DNA from: an uncultured Candidatus Saccharibacteria bacterium
Lineage (GTDB): Bacteria > Patescibacteriota > Minisyncoccia > Phycocordibacterales > PALSA-1337
DNA length: 60,060 nt
Direction: 5' to 3'
NCBI GenBank assembly: GCA_964532285.1
Contig: CAZHHB010000005.1
Location: forward strand, 1-60,060
Shown: piece after piece, positions 17,332 to 27,319 of the stretch
Position numbering within the stretch: the stretch's first letter is position 1
How the letters are laid out: every line of letters starts with the position of its first letter
The notes under the pieces: generated by a model
Told to the model about the DNA's origin: nothing
Databases searched by the model: none
The model's input: only the letters and a program-made list of their open reading frames with translations
Position numbers and translations under genes: made by a program

Positions 17332-18366
17332 ATGAATCTACTTATTTTTACTCAAAAAGTTGATTTGAACGATACGGTCCTGAGCTTTTTCCATCGCTGG
17401 ATTATAGAATTGGCCAAACATTTCAATCAGGTAACGGTCATTTGTCTATACAAGGGGAAGTCAGAATTACCATCCAATATCCGAGTTTTTTCACTTGGTA
17501 AAGAGTCAGGAGAATCAAGATTGAAATATCTGATCAATTTCCTTCGTTATATTATCCGACTCAGGAGAGATTACGATGTAGTTTTTGCACATCAAAATCA
17601 AGAATATCCAATTCTTGGAGGCATTATCTGGAAACTTCTGGGTAAGAGGGTCTACATGTGGCGTAATCATTATGCCGGTAGTTTGCTTACAGATGTGGCG
17701 GCACTCTTTTGCGACAAAGTTTTCTGTACATCGAGGTACTCATATACAGCTAAATACAAGAAGACGGTGTTTATGCCCGTAGGTATTGATACAGAAATGT
17801 TCAAACAAGATTCATCTGTGAAGCGTGTGCCGAATTCCGTCCTTTCCATCGGTCGCATATCTCCGTCCAAGAAGCTAGAACAATTCATTGAAGCATTAGA
17901 TACGGTAAAGAAAAATGGTTTTGATTTCACTGCTTCAATCGTGGGAGACGCATTACCGGAACACGAGAGTTATTATAAATCTCTCAAGGACAAGGTAAAT
18001 AAATTAGACTTGAATTCACGGATTGTATTTGTCGCTGGTGTGCCAAATGATAAAACGCCTGAAGTTTATTCCGCCCATAACATATTTGTAAATTTAAGTA
18101 AGAGTGGAATGTTGGACAAAACCATCTTTGAAGCTATGGCTTGCGGATCCATTGCAATCTCATGTAACAAAGATTTGATAGGCAAGATTGATACGGAGTA
18201 TTCATTCAGAGAAGATGATGTTGATGATCTAGCGGCAAAAATATCTGGTGTGCTCGGATTAGAACCGGAAGAATTGAAAGTACGCGGGGAGAAGTTGAGG
18301 AAGTTCGTCGTGGAAAATCATAGTCTAGCAACGCTAGCCAGTAAGTTAAAAGAAGAAATGTCATGA
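17332..18366 (+). CDS. Glycosyltransferase (GT4-like)
   Basis: GMLDKTIFEAMACGSIAISCN with GT-B length. Start taken at MNLLIFTQK. Confidence 0.65.
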   Translation: MNLLIFTQKVDLNDTVLSFFHRWIIELAKHFNQVTVICLYKGKSELPSNIRVFSLGKESGESRLKYLINFLRYIIRLRRDYDVVFAHQNQEYPILGGIIWKLLGKRVYMWRNHYAGSLLTDVAALFCDKVFCTSRYSYTAKYKKTVFMPVGIDTEMFKQDSSVKRVPNSVLSIGRISPSKKLEQFIEALDTVKKNGFDFTASIVGDALPEHESYYKSLKDKVNKLDLNSRIVFVAGVPNDKTPEVYSAHNIFVNLSKSGMLDKTIFEAMACGSIAISCNKDLIGKIDTEYSFREDDVDDLAAKISGVLGLEPEELKVRGEKLRKFVVENHSLATLASKLKEEMS

Positions 18367-19514
18367 AACCACTCTCTATATTCATGATCAATTTTGATTG
18401 GCGGGACATGTTCCGTACAGCTTTTGATGAGCTCAAAGACAAGCTGGATCGTGATCAATTGAATACAAATTTAAACAATTTCTTTTTCTTTTCCTGGGCA
18501 AATGAAAGTTATATTGTGAATGAAGGTCGTTTCAAGACTTTGCACAAAAAGACACGGCTTTATAAGCTGAAACCCGTCTTGGATATTCTCACGGTATTCT
18601 TTGTGCCACTAACTGTCCGGAAATACCGTCTACATCCAGATGCTTGGCTCACATATGATTTCGGTATGTTGCCGGCCTTGTGGTTGGCTAGTAAACTCTT
18701 CGGTGGCAAGGTCGTACTCTGTGTCAGCAATCAGCCAAGAGTTTATTCCAGAACGCGTAAGTTCGGAGCCATAAAGGGATTTTATTCATATGTATCAGAG
18801 AAGTTGTGGTGGAGGTTGGCTGATCATTTCTTCACGATAAATGAAACAATGCGTGGGTATTTAGAAGATATCGGCATACCAAAGAGTCGCATCACAGTCT
18901 TTTATGTAGACACTATTGACCGCGACAGGGAACATATTGAAGAAGCACACAAGGGAACCATACGCGCTAAGTTCAATATTCCAAATGATAAAAAGATTAT
19001 TTTATCTGTAGCCAGACTGGAAGCAGAGAAGAACTTTCCTAAACTTATTGAATTATTCGCTGGTCTAGGAGATGGGTATGTATTGGTAATAATAGGACGA
19101 GGCAGTTTGCTCTCACAGTTGGAAACACAGATCAAATCATTGGGTATTTCCAATAGAGTAATATTCGCTGGTTTCGTTGGTCGTGATCAGATCTGGAATT
19201 ATTTCATGGATGCCGATTTATTCATCCTCCTCTCCAAAGCAGAGGCTCTGGGTTTGGTTTTTTGGGAAGCAATGCATGTGAATGTGCCGGTTATCGGGAG
19301 TACCGCTGATGGTATAGTTGAAACTATAGGTAAAGATGGTGAGCGGGGCAGGATTTGGAAAGAATCAGCTGGTCAGGCAGGGTTCAATGAGATGGTAGAA
19401 TTTTGTGTCATGCCAAGTGTTGAGAGAGATAATATGATTAAGCGTGCCAAGGAATTCGTAGATAAACAAAGGGGGAATAAGGTTACATTTAATGACTTGA
19501 GAGTTTTCAAATGA
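18363..19514 (+). CDS. Glycosyltransferase family 4
   Basis: EALGLVFWEAMHVNVPVIGSTADGIVE. 4-nt start/stop overlaps with both neighbours. Confidence 0.75.
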   Translation: MKPLSIFMINFDWRDMFRTAFDELKDKLDRDQLNTNLNNFFFFSWANESYIVNEGRFKTLHKKTRLYKLKPVLDILTVFFVPLTVRKYRLHPDAWLTYDFGMLPALWLASKLFGGKVVLCVSNQPRVYSRTRKFGAIKGFYSYVSEKLWWRLADHFFTINETMRGYLEDIGIPKSRITVFYVDTIDRDREHIEEAHKGTIRAKFNIPNDKKIILSVARLEAEKNFPKLIELFAGLGDGYVLVIIGRGSLLSQLETQIKSLGISNRVIFAGFVGRDQIWNYFMDADLFILLSKAEALGLVFWEAMHVNVPVIGSTADGIVETIGKDGERGRIWKESAGQAGFNEMVEFCVMPSVERDNMIKRAKEFVDKQRGNKVTFNDLRVFK

Positions 19515-20566
19515 AAGTACTATATCTATTCAATAAACAAGTCGCTCCAACTATAGAAGCCTTCAATAAAGGTGTTGGTCATGACAGTTGGCTTTACGGC
19601 ATGTTACGCATGGAGAAATATGGTATTGAGTCTGATTATTTAGAGATTGAGAAATTCATACCAGTTAAGCTGGCGAAATTCTTGAAGAAACACATTTTAA
19701 CGATGCATTATGCGCACCTGCCTTTGTTTCCTTTATTTTTCAAATACGACATTGTCTTTACCTCTACTGCTTACGCGAGTTTGATCTTGAAAGCAATTCT
19801 ACGAATCAAAAAGTTCAAGTGGGTAGTTCTAGATTTCAATGTCCTAGGTACTATTGGAAATGGTAAAAAATTCCGTCAAAAACTGTATGCATGGGCTGTG
19901 TCCAAAGCAGATGGTATCGTCTGTATCTCCGAAGCAGCTGCCAGCGCCATGAAGAAAAGATTTCCACACCTGGCTGATAAGATAATCTTCTTGTATGAAG
20001 CAACTGATCCTAATTATTTCAAACCGAAGTCTGACATCAGCGAAAAAGATGTCGTTATATCTGTCGGTAATTTCGGTCGTGATTTTGAGACTTTGATTGA
20101 GGCCACCAAAGATCTCGGTGTCGAATGTCGTCTGGCTACGAAACTTATCTCTCCAGAAAAGATCAAATCACTTCCGTCTCATGTGACTGTAAAACTTTAT
20201 AGCCATGCGGAAATGCTTCAGGCTTATGTTGAAGCAAAGATCGCTGTCATTGGGATAGGTCTCAAGGATGATTATTACGACTCCGTAGGCACTTTTGCAC
20301 TTGGTGAAGCCTTGTCTATGGGCAAGGCGACCATAGTGACACACACAAAAAGCATGGAGTCTTATATAAAAGATGGGATTAATGGTTTTTTCGTCCCATT
20401 CAGAGATGTTGCAGTCATGAGAAGTAAAGTCTTGGAGCTCTTGAGAAATGATGAACTTAGATATAGGATAGGTGTTGAGGCACGCAAGTTTGCAGTAGAA
20501 TGTCTGGATAGTGAACAATTCACTCGTGATTTGGCGGCTTATTTCAAAAGCTTATATAGTAATTAA
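19511..20566 (+). CDS. Glycosyltransferase (GT4-like)
   Basis: GTFALGEALSMGKATIVTHTKSMESYIKDGINGF. Confidence 0.6.
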   Translation: MKVLYLFNKQVAPTIEAFNKGVGHDSWLYGMLRMEKYGIESDYLEIEKFIPVKLAKFLKKHILTMHYAHLPLFPLFFKYDIVFTSTAYASLILKAILRIKKFKWVVLDFNVLGTIGNGKKFRQKLYAWAVSKADGIVCISEAAASAMKKRFPHLADKIIFLYEATDPNYFKPKSDISEKDVVISVGNFGRDFETLIEATKDLGVECRLATKLISPEKIKSLPSHVTVKLYSHAEMLQAYVEAKIAVIGIGLKDDYYDSVGTFALGEALSMGKATIVTHTKSMESYIKDGINGFFVPFRDVAVMRSKVLELLRNDELRYRIGVEARKFAVECLDSEQFTRDLAAYFKSLYSN

Positions 20567-20571
20567 GGTGA

Positions 20572-20640
20572 AAGTTCGGTGAATGTGTGTCCCCCTCGGA
20601 ACGGAACATGTTCCTCGGAAGACACACATTCACCGAACTT
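20572..20640. repeat. Perfect 20-bp inverted repeat around a 29-nt palindromic centre (nested palindrome G)
   Basis: aagttcggtgaatgtgtgtc (20572-20591) pairs with gacacacattcaccgaactt (20621-20640). The centre contains ggaacatgttcc and two cctcgg motifs. Confidence 0.9.
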
Positions 20641-20653
20641 AAATAAACATAAT

Positions 20654-21595
20654 ATGAAAATATCAATAATTTTACCCATATTCAATGAAGAAGAAAATAT
20701 CCCCATTCTCTATAAAGAGATAAAGGAAGTTTGTGCAAAAGAAAAAGTCGAGTACGAGATTATTGCGATCAACGATGCTTCTAAAGATGGGAGTTTGAAT
20801 GTCTTGAAGACAATTGCTTCCAACGATAAAAATTTCAAGGTTATAAATTTCCGATTTAATTCTGGTCAAACAGCGGCCATGTCTGCTGGAATAAAAGCCG
20901 CTACGGGAGAAATTATAATCCCCATGGATGCAGATTTGCAGAATGATCCGTCCGATATTCCCAAATTCTTATTCAAAATCGCTGAAGGTCATGATGTTGT
21001 TTCTGGTTGGAGGCGAAATCGCAAAGACAAGATGATTATGAGGAAGATACCATCAATGTGCGCAAATTGGCTTATTGGGAAGATAACAGGAGTTAAGGTT
21101 CACGATTATGGTTGTTCTATGAAGGCTTACAAACGCGAGCTTATTCAGGGAATTAGTCTATACGGAGAGATGCATCGTTTCATCCCCGCATATGCTTCGT
21201 GGCATGGTGGTGAGGTTACAGAGATTGTAGTCAACCACCGAGCTCGTATTCACGGTAAAACAAAGTATGGAATTTCTAGAACATTCAAAGTCCTCCTAGA
21301 TCTGATTGTTGTAAAATTCTTGTCAAAATATATGAATAAGCCGATGCATTTCTTTGGTGGGTTAGGATTTGTATCATTAGGTTTAGGTATATTGGCAGGT
21401 TTGTGGGCGGTTATACTGAAATTGGCCAACCTGAAACCTCTTGTCTCTACACCGCTACCGACCTTCTCGGCTTTATTGATAATCGTCGGTGTACAGTTAG
21501 CAGCTATGGGTGTGATCGCAGAGATGATTATGCGTCTATACTACGAGGCACAAGACAAGACGCCGTATAGGATAAAAGATACAATTAATGTATAG
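20654..21595 (+). CDS. GT2 polyprenyl-phosphate glycosyltransferase (DPM1/GtrB/ArnC-like)
   Basis: ISIILPIFNEEENI, DADLQNDP and two C-terminal TM helices. The ORF-track start at 20579 lies inside the palindrome and is rejected. Confidence 0.85.
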   Translation: MKISIILPIFNEEENIPILYKEIKEVCAKEKVEYEIIAINDASKDGSLNVLKTIASNDKNFKVINFRFNSGQTAAMSAGIKAATGEIIIPMDADLQNDPSDIPKFLFKIAEGHDVVSGWRRNRKDKMIMRKIPSMCANWLIGKITGVKVHDYGCSMKAYKRELIQGISLYGEMHRFIPAYASWHGGEVTEIVVNHRARIHGKTKYGISRTFKVLLDLIVVKFLSKYMNKPMHFFGGLGFVSLGLGILAGLWAVILKLANLKPLVSTPLPTFSALLIIVGVQLAAMGVIAEMIMRLYYEAQDKTPYRIKDTINV

Positions 21596-21642
21596 CATGA
21601 AATTGACAGGTGCGGACGCGTGCCGCAGCGAGCTTTAAACAT

Positions 21643-23511
21643 ATGTGTGGAATAACAGGATACAGTGGTAAGGGAGACGAAATCATTCTAGGAAAGATGA
21701 ATGAGACTTTGTCGCATCGTGGTCCTGATGATGCCGGGTTGAAGATTTTCGAAACAGCAGGTCTCGCACAGTGTCGTCTTTCTATTCTCGATCTGTCACC
21801 AGCCGGACATCAGCCTATGAGCAATGAAGACGGAACGGTTTGGATCACTTTCAATGGAGAGATCTATAATTTCAAAGAACTGCGCAAGGGGTTGAAGCAG
21901 AAGCATGTATTTAAAAGCAGTAGTGATACCGAAGTTATTATTCATCTTTATGAAGAGATTGGTATAGAAGTTTTCTCCAAAATTCAAGGAATGTTCGCTA
22001 TCGCTATCTACGATTCAAGGAATGGTGAATTGATCTTGGGACGCGACAGGATGGGGAAGAAGCCGTTGTTTTGGGGAATACACAGCGGAACTTTTTTGTT
22101 TGGCTCAGAACTTAAATCTCTCATAGCCCACCCTTCATTTAAGAAAGAGATAGATCTCCAATCATTAAATAAATATTTCCTATATGAATATATACCAACT
22201 CCGCACACAATCTTCAAGGATACTTATAAATTAGAGCCCGGCACACTTTTAATATGGAATGGTAAGGAAGCAAAGAAAAAAGTCTTTTGGAAACCGACAT
22301 TTCTGCCCAAGGAGAATTCTTTTGCCAGCGCTATCAAAGGACTTGAAGAGACTTTACAATCAGCGGTGAAGGATCGTCTGGTATCTGATGTGCCGTTAGG
22401 AATTTTCCTGTCTGGAGGGCTCGATTCAAGTGCGGTCGCTTATTATGCTTCCAGAGCCAATCCCGGCAAGGTTAAAACATTTTCAATAGGATTCAAAGAG
22501 AAATCGTTTGATGAATCTGCTTACGCTAGACAAGTCGCCAAACATTTGGGTACGAAACATTATGAGAAGATTTTATCTGTCAAAGATTGCTTGGAGATTA
22601 TTCCAACGATTGGTCAGTTGCTAGATGAACCGATGGCAGATGCGTCAATCGTACCGACTTATCTACTTTCCAAGTTTACTCGCGAGAATGTGACGGTAGC
22701 ACTCGGCGGTGATGGCGGAGATGAACTATTTTGTGGTTATGACACTTTCTTGGCGCACAGACTGGCTCGGATGTATGAAAGACTGCCCGTTATAATTCGT
22801 GACGGCTTGATCAAGCGTCTGGTAAATAGTTTGCCGACCTCACATTCCAATATGAGCCTGGACTTCAAAGCAAAGAAATTCGTGGCGGGATTTGAAGGTA
22901 ATCAGAGTTATCGTAACCAGAGATGGTTGGGTGCATTTGATAAAGATGATCGCAAGAAATTATTCAATGATACAGTTTGGAATTCAGTAGGCACGAAGAA
23001 TGAATTTGACGACATTGACACTTATTTGAAATCCGCCGATTCGCACGATACTTATGATGAATTAGGTTTATTGTACGAGCGTATGTATATGATGGATCAA
23101 GTATTAGTGAAAGTCGATCGTGCTTCTATGATGAATTCACTGGAAGTGCGTGCGCCGTTCCTAGATACTCGCGTGGTAGATCTGGCGAACCATATGCCAG
23201 TCGGCTTCAAATTCAAGGGACTAGAGCGTAAATATATTCTGAAAAAGTTGATGGAGGGGAAGTTGCCGCACGATATTATTTATCGCAAGAAAAAAGGATT
23301 TGGTATGCCTATAGGCGAATGGATCAGAGGTGACTTGAAGCCGTTGGTGCTTGATTACTTGGGCAAGCCGTCTATTGAAAAGATGGGTTTATTCAAGGCG
23401 GATTATGTTGGTAAGCTTTTGCAAGAACACTTCAATGATGTTAAAGATAACCGCAAACAGATCTGGACTCTTCTCGTATTCGCGATGTGGTGGAGAAGGT
23501 GGATAGGATAG
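21643..23511 (+). CDS. asnB: Asparagine synthase (glutamine-hydrolysing) family amidotransferase
   Basis: Starts MCGITG (catalytic Cys2). SGGLDSS PP-loop. Confidence 0.9.
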   Translation: MCGITGYSGKGDEIILGKMNETLSHRGPDDAGLKIFETAGLAQCRLSILDLSPAGHQPMSNEDGTVWITFNGEIYNFKELRKGLKQKHVFKSSSDTEVIIHLYEEIGIEVFSKIQGMFAIAIYDSRNGELILGRDRMGKKPLFWGIHSGTFLFGSELKSLIAHPSFKKEIDLQSLNKYFLYEYIPTPHTIFKDTYKLEPGTLLIWNGKEAKKKVFWKPTFLPKENSFASAIKGLEETLQSAVKDRLVSDVPLGIFLSGGLDSSAVAYYASRANPGKVKTFSIGFKEKSFDESAYARQVAKHLGTKHYEKILSVKDCLEIIPTIGQLLDEPMADASIVPTYLLSKFTRENVTVALGGDGGDELFCGYDTFLAHRLARMYERLPVIIRDGLIKRLVNSLPTSHSNMSLDFKAKKFVAGFEGNQSYRNQRWLGAFDKDDRKKLFNDTVWNSVGTKNEFDDIDTYLKSADSHDTYDELGLLYERMYMMDQVLVKVDRASMMNSLEVRAPFLDTRVVDLANHMPVGFKFKGLERKYILKKLMEGKLPHDIIYRKKKGFGMPIGEWIRGDLKPLVLDYLGKPSIEKMGLFKADYVGKLLQEHFNDVKDNRKQIWTLLVFAMWWRRWIG

Positions 23512-23562
23512 CAAGGTCCGACCTAGAGGTATATTGGCAAGTATGCCTAGATCCGATCTTGG
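23512..23562. repeat. Two short palindromic units (caaggtccgacctagagg; cctagatccgatcttgg) in the asnB-methyltransferase spacer
   Basis: Direct reading. Same family as the units at 23846-23883. Confidence 0.85.
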
Positions 23563-23578
23563 TATATAATCTCAAATC

Positions 23579-24436
23579 ATGGATATTAATACAAAAGACC
23601 TAAAGACTGCAGACGCATTCGCTACCTCTTGGAATAATCTGCCCGAAGGTTCTGTCTACACAAAAGATCAGTTTGAAGACTGGATGACTCCGCTTACCAG
23701 GGATGTTGTTGTTGGTAAGAGGGTCTTGGAATTGGGTTGTGGTAATGCCAGCCTCATGGTTCATATGCTCAATTGGAGCCCTTCTTATCTGGAGGGCGTT
23801 GATTTAGGTGATTCGGTACTTTCGGCGGAAAAGAATCTCGGTATACCAAGATCCGATCTTGGTATATCTAGATCGGATCTTGGCAAGAACTGGAAAGTAA
23901 CAAAGGGGGATTTGGTTGAATTCAAGAGTGATGGATTCGACCTAGTCTACTGTATCGGTGTACTTCATCATTTGAAGGACCCCAAGAAAGGTTTCGATTC
24001 GGTCGTCAGAAATACCAAATCAGGTGGCATGTTCCACTGCTGGGTTTATGCTCGTGAGGGCAATGGTTTAATTGTATATGTTGTGGATCCTATCAGAAAG
24101 GTTGTCTCAAGATTACCCTGGTGGTTCACAAAATATCTCGTAGCAACACCGTTGGTCATCCCATTTTTCTTATACGCGAAACTAATGGCGACCTTGCCGA
24201 AGTATGGGTTTTTGAAGAAACTACCACTTTATGAGTATTCCTTATGGATCTCAAAAAGAGAATTTGCGTTCTTCCGTCATGTAGCCTTCGATCAACTCGT
24301 CACTCCACAGACTGCTTATATTTCCAAGCAGACTATTGAAGGTTGGTTGGCTGGAGATTCAAGGATAAACAAGGGATTGAAGTATATAATTATGAGAAAT
24401 GGTAATTCGTGGAAGTTTGGGGGGAGGGTTTTGTAG
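23579..24436 (+). CDS. Class I SAM-dependent methyltransferase
   Basis: VLELGCGNA, VYCIGVLHHL. TATAAT at 23565-23570 lies 8 nt upstream of the ATG. Confidence 0.7.
   Translation: MDINTKDLKTADAFATSWNNLPEGSVYTKDQFEDWMTPLTRDVVVGKRVLELGCGNASLMVHMLNWSPSYLEGVDLGDSVLSAEKNLGIPRSDLGISRSDLGKNWKVTKGDLVEFKSDGFDLVYCIGVLHHLKDPKKGFDSVVRNTKSGGMFHCWVYAREGNGLIVYVVDPIRKVVSRLPWWFTKYLVATPLVIPFFLYAKLMATLPKYGFLKKLPLYEYSLWISKREFAFFRHVAFDQLVTPQTAYISKQTIEGWLAGDSRINKGLKYIIMRNGNSWKFGGRVL
23846..23883. repeat. Tandem pair of short palindromic units inside the methyltransferase CDS
   Basis: ccaagatccgatcttgg-tatat-ctagatcggatcttgg, translated as GIPRSDLGISRSDLGK. Confidence 0.9.
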
Positions 24437-24460
24437 AGGTAGGACTTCTATAATTAAAAC

Positions 24461-25279
24461 ATGAAAATAAAATCAATAATTCCAAAATCGACTAGAGGAG
24501 TAATAAAGAAGGTCATATTCTATTTGAGTGTATTCCGTCTGGGCATATTTAAGTGGATTTTCTTGCGAGATGAAAAGAAATACGCCTATTTTCAAAAAAG
24601 GATGTTTGATTATTGGGCACGGCAGTCACAATACAAGCATAATGATAGTAGACAAGATCTAGTTGTCGGTTCTTATGCCGCACAAAATGAATGGGGGGAT
24701 TATGATGAATACATTATGAAATATGTAGACGGCTCATTCAGAAATAAAATAGCTTTGGACTTCGCCACGGGCCCAGGCAGGAACATCACCAAATATCATG
24801 ATAGATTCAAGAGGTTGGATGGTGTAGACATCAGTTCTGTAAATATAGAAAATGCCAAGAAAAATTTGATTGAACATGGTATCACTCTGCCAAATCTATA
24901 TGTGAATAATGGAATGGATTTGGAAGGAATACCATCGGATACTTATGATTTTGTATTCTCTACGATAGCTATGCAACATATATGCGTCTATAACACCCGT
25001 TTCAATTTGCTGAAGGAATTTTATAGAGTTCTGAAGCCGGGTGGACGCATGTCACATCAGATGGGATATGGTGTAGATTCTCCAAATTCCGTTGATTATT
25101 TCGTCAATGATTACGCGGCATTGAAGACGAATGGCCACAGAGATACTCAAGTGAAATCGCCTGATTTGGTTAAAAACGATTTGGAGAAAATTGGTTTCAA
25201 AAACTTCGAATACTGGATCCGTCCCTCTGGTCCTGGGGGAAAACATAAAGAGTGGATATACTTTACGGCAGTTAAATAA
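24461..25279 (+). CDS. Class I SAM-dependent methyltransferase
   Basis: ALDFATGPGRN, VFSTIAMQHI. TATAAT at 24449-24454 lies 6 nt upstream of the ATG. Confidence 0.65.
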   Translation: MKIKSIIPKSTRGVIKKVIFYLSVFRLGIFKWIFLRDEKKYAYFQKRMFDYWARQSQYKHNDSRQDLVVGSYAAQNEWGDYDEYIMKYVDGSFRNKIALDFATGPGRNITKYHDRFKRLDGVDISSVNIENAKKNLIEHGITLPNLYVNNGMDLEGIPSDTYDFVFSTIAMQHICVYNTRFNLLKEFYRVLKPGGRMSHQMGYGVDSPNSVDYFVNDYAALKTNGHRDTQVKSPDLVKNDLEKIGFKNFEYWIRPSGPGGKHKEWIYFTAVK

Positions 25280-25280
25280 C

Positions 25281-26420
25281 ATGAATATCTTAATCTTAAA
25301 CTACGAATTTCCCCCACTGGGCGGTGGTGCGGGCAATGCTACAAAAAATATTTCCAAAGAATTGGTGAAACTAGGACATCAAGTCATTGTCATCACGACT
25401 TGGTTCAAGGATTTACCTGATGAGGAAAATGTGGATGGTTATAAGGTTATAAGATTACATTCGAAACGCGCCAGAAAAGATCGATCCAATACTTTAGAGA
25501 TGCTTCATTATGTCATCTTGGCAAAGAGATATACGAAGCGTTTGGTGCTTGTAAATAAACCGGATCATATCATTTCTTTCTTTGCTTTACCTACAGGTCT
25601 TGTAGCTTGGTATTTGAATAAGAAATTCAAGATTCCATACACACTCTCTTTACGCGGTGGAGATGTTCCTGGTTTCTTGCCGAAGAATTTGAAACGATTG
25701 CATATGTTGACGATGCCATTTACGAATATGATTTGGAAAAAAGCGGCACATATTGTGGCAAATAGTATCGGCCTTAAACAATTGGCAGAAAAGACAGCTA
25801 GTCACTTCAATAAAAAAGTAGAATGTATTCCAAACGGTGTAGACACAGACATCTTCAAGCCGAATCAGAATCAAGGAAAGTCTAATAATTTTGAAGTATT
25901 GTTTGTTGGACGGTTAACCGAACAAAAGGGGGCTACTTATCTATTGAAGGCATTGGCGAAAATGAGTGGCGATAAATTAGAAGTCGTGAATACAATACAC
26001 TGTACTATTATCGGTGACGGCCCCCTCAGAAAAACGCTTGAGTCTGAAGCGGCTGAGTTGGGTATTGCAGATCGGGTCTCTTTTATAGGCTGGGTAGATC
26101 GCGATGAATTGCCCAAATATTATCAGAGCAGTGATGTATTCGTCCTGCCGACTTCTGAGGAAGGTATGCCAAATGTTGTATTGGAAGCGATGGCTTCTGG
26201 TCTGCCGATAATCACTACAAATGTGGCTGGCAACGAAGAGTTGGTACATAACAGTCAGAATGGTATTTTGATCAACAATCTCAGAGAACTATCGACGGCT
26301 ATCCTAGAGCTTTGCAATGATAGAGATAAGGCTGGACGATATGGTCAAGAGTCAAGAAAGCTGGCTCTACAGATGGGATGGAATAAAATTGCAGAAGAAT
26401 ATGCTAATCTGTGTAAATGA
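25281..26420 (+). CDS. Glycosyltransferase family 4
   Basis: MNILILNYEFPPLGGGAGNA, EEGMPNVVLEAMASGLPIITTNVAGNEELV. Confidence 0.85.
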   Translation: MNILILNYEFPPLGGGAGNATKNISKELVKLGHQVIVITTWFKDLPDEENVDGYKVIRLHSKRARKDRSNTLEMLHYVILAKRYTKRLVLVNKPDHIISFFALPTGLVAWYLNKKFKIPYTLSLRGGDVPGFLPKNLKRLHMLTMPFTNMIWKKAAHIVANSIGLKQLAEKTASHFNKKVECIPNGVDTDIFKPNQNQGKSNNFEVLFVGRLTEQKGATYLLKALAKMSGDKLEVVNTIHCTIIGDGPLRKTLESEAAELGIADRVSFIGWVDRDELPKYYQSSDVFVLPTSEEGMPNVVLEAMASGLPIITTNVAGNEELVHNSQNGILINNLRELSTAILELCNDRDKAGRYGQESRKLALQMGWNKIAEEYANLCK

Positions 26421-27319
26421 TTTCTGAAGAAGCAGTAAAAATCAGAGGTGAATTACAAAAGACTATTCTCGACAAGTACGGCGCTTTTTTCAATTCTATA
26501 AGTAAAATCAGTGCCCAAAAGATCACCGATGATGTTTTATCTCCAAAGAAGATAGATGAACAAGTCTCTATAATTGAACGTATCTCCGGAGAGAAGATTG
26601 CTGGCAAGAAAATTCTTGAAATAGGCTCAGGATTCGGTATCTTCACCATTGTTACAAACAAAACATATGGGGCCGATTCATACGGTGTAGAGCCTGGTAG
26701 TGAGGGGTTTGGTGGTTCGTATGAATTGTCCCAGACGATATTGAAAGATAGTGGTGTTGATCCAAAAAGAGTAAAGATGGGAGTGGGGGAGTCGTTACCA
26801 TTTCCAGACAATTCATTTGATATTGTCTACTCCACAAATGTTTTAGAGCATGTCACTGATCCAGCCAAAGTTATTTCTGAAGCGATCAGGGTTACCAAGT
26901 CTGGTGGATTCATTCAGATCGTATTCCCGAGTTATGGTTCTTTCTATGATGGTCATTATGCTTGCATGTATTTACCATACCAACCAAAATGGCTTTGGAA
27001 ATTGTGGCTGAAATATGTCTTGCGTCGCGACACGGCATTTGTGGATACTCTCCGTACAGAACTGAACTATTTCAGTATCAGGAAGATTTTAATGCCATTT
27101 ATAAACGCGAAGAAGATTGAAGTTGTGAGTACCGGTGAAGAAATATTCAGGGAACGCATGACCACGATTGCTTTCACTCCTTATGCTGGGCTGACCAAGA
27201 TCAAGAGATTGGTTGAGATAATGCACAAATTTAGAATTGTCCAGGTGGCCATTTGGACAATATTGCTCATAAAGGCACATTCACCACTGATTATTTCGAT
27301 CCGAAAATCGCCTTTTTGA
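26417..27319 (+). CDS. Class I SAM-dependent methyltransferase
   Basis: ILEIGSGFG, VYSTNVLEHV. Confidence 0.65.
   Translation: MISEEAVKIRGELQKTILDKYGAFFNSISKISAQKITDDVLSPKKIDEQVSIIERISGEKIAGKKILEIGSGFGIFTIVTNKTYGADSYGVEPGSEGFGGSYELSQTILKDSGVDPKRVKMGVGESLPFPDNSFDIVYSTNVLEHVTDPAKVISEAIRVTKSGGFIQIVFPSYGSFYDGHYACMYLPYQPKWLWKLWLKYVLRRDTAFVDTLRTELNYFSIRKILMPFINAKKIEVVSTGEEIFRERMTTIAFTPYAGLTKIKRLVEIMHKFRIVQVAIWTILLIKAHSPLIISIRKSPF

Noticed and set aside
20579-20653. N-terminal extensions suggested by the ORF track: 20579, 21610, 25191, 48288, 16172, 17293, 13891, 45778 and 49380 on the plus strand, and 35906, 37105 and 55923 on the minus strand.
   Set aside because: Internal ATGs give canonical family N-termini: MCGITG for AsnB, MKISIILPIF for the GT2, MNILILNYEFPP for a GT4, MSYIPTIGLEIH for GatB, MNIQEN for MurB and MKIIIPMAG for the nucleotidyltransferase fold. 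The extensions overlap upstream genes or run through palindromic repeats, and several begin at GTG or TTG.
21643-23511. The AsnB homologue as a lasso-peptide cyclase or other RiPP enzyme.
   Set aside because: No precursor-peptide ORF, transglutaminase-like leader peptidase or RRE gene is adjacent. The gene is embedded between glycosyltransferase and methyltransferase genes, so a sugar or uronic-acid amidotransferase role is the simpler reading.
27291-27319. The 29-nt tail-to-tail overlap of two convergent methyltransferase genes as a regulatory antisense arrangement.
   Set aside because: The overlap involves only the non-conserved C-terminal tails beyond the methyltransferase folds. It can be explained by late stop codons in AT-rich sequence, and the region contains no hairpin or repeat.
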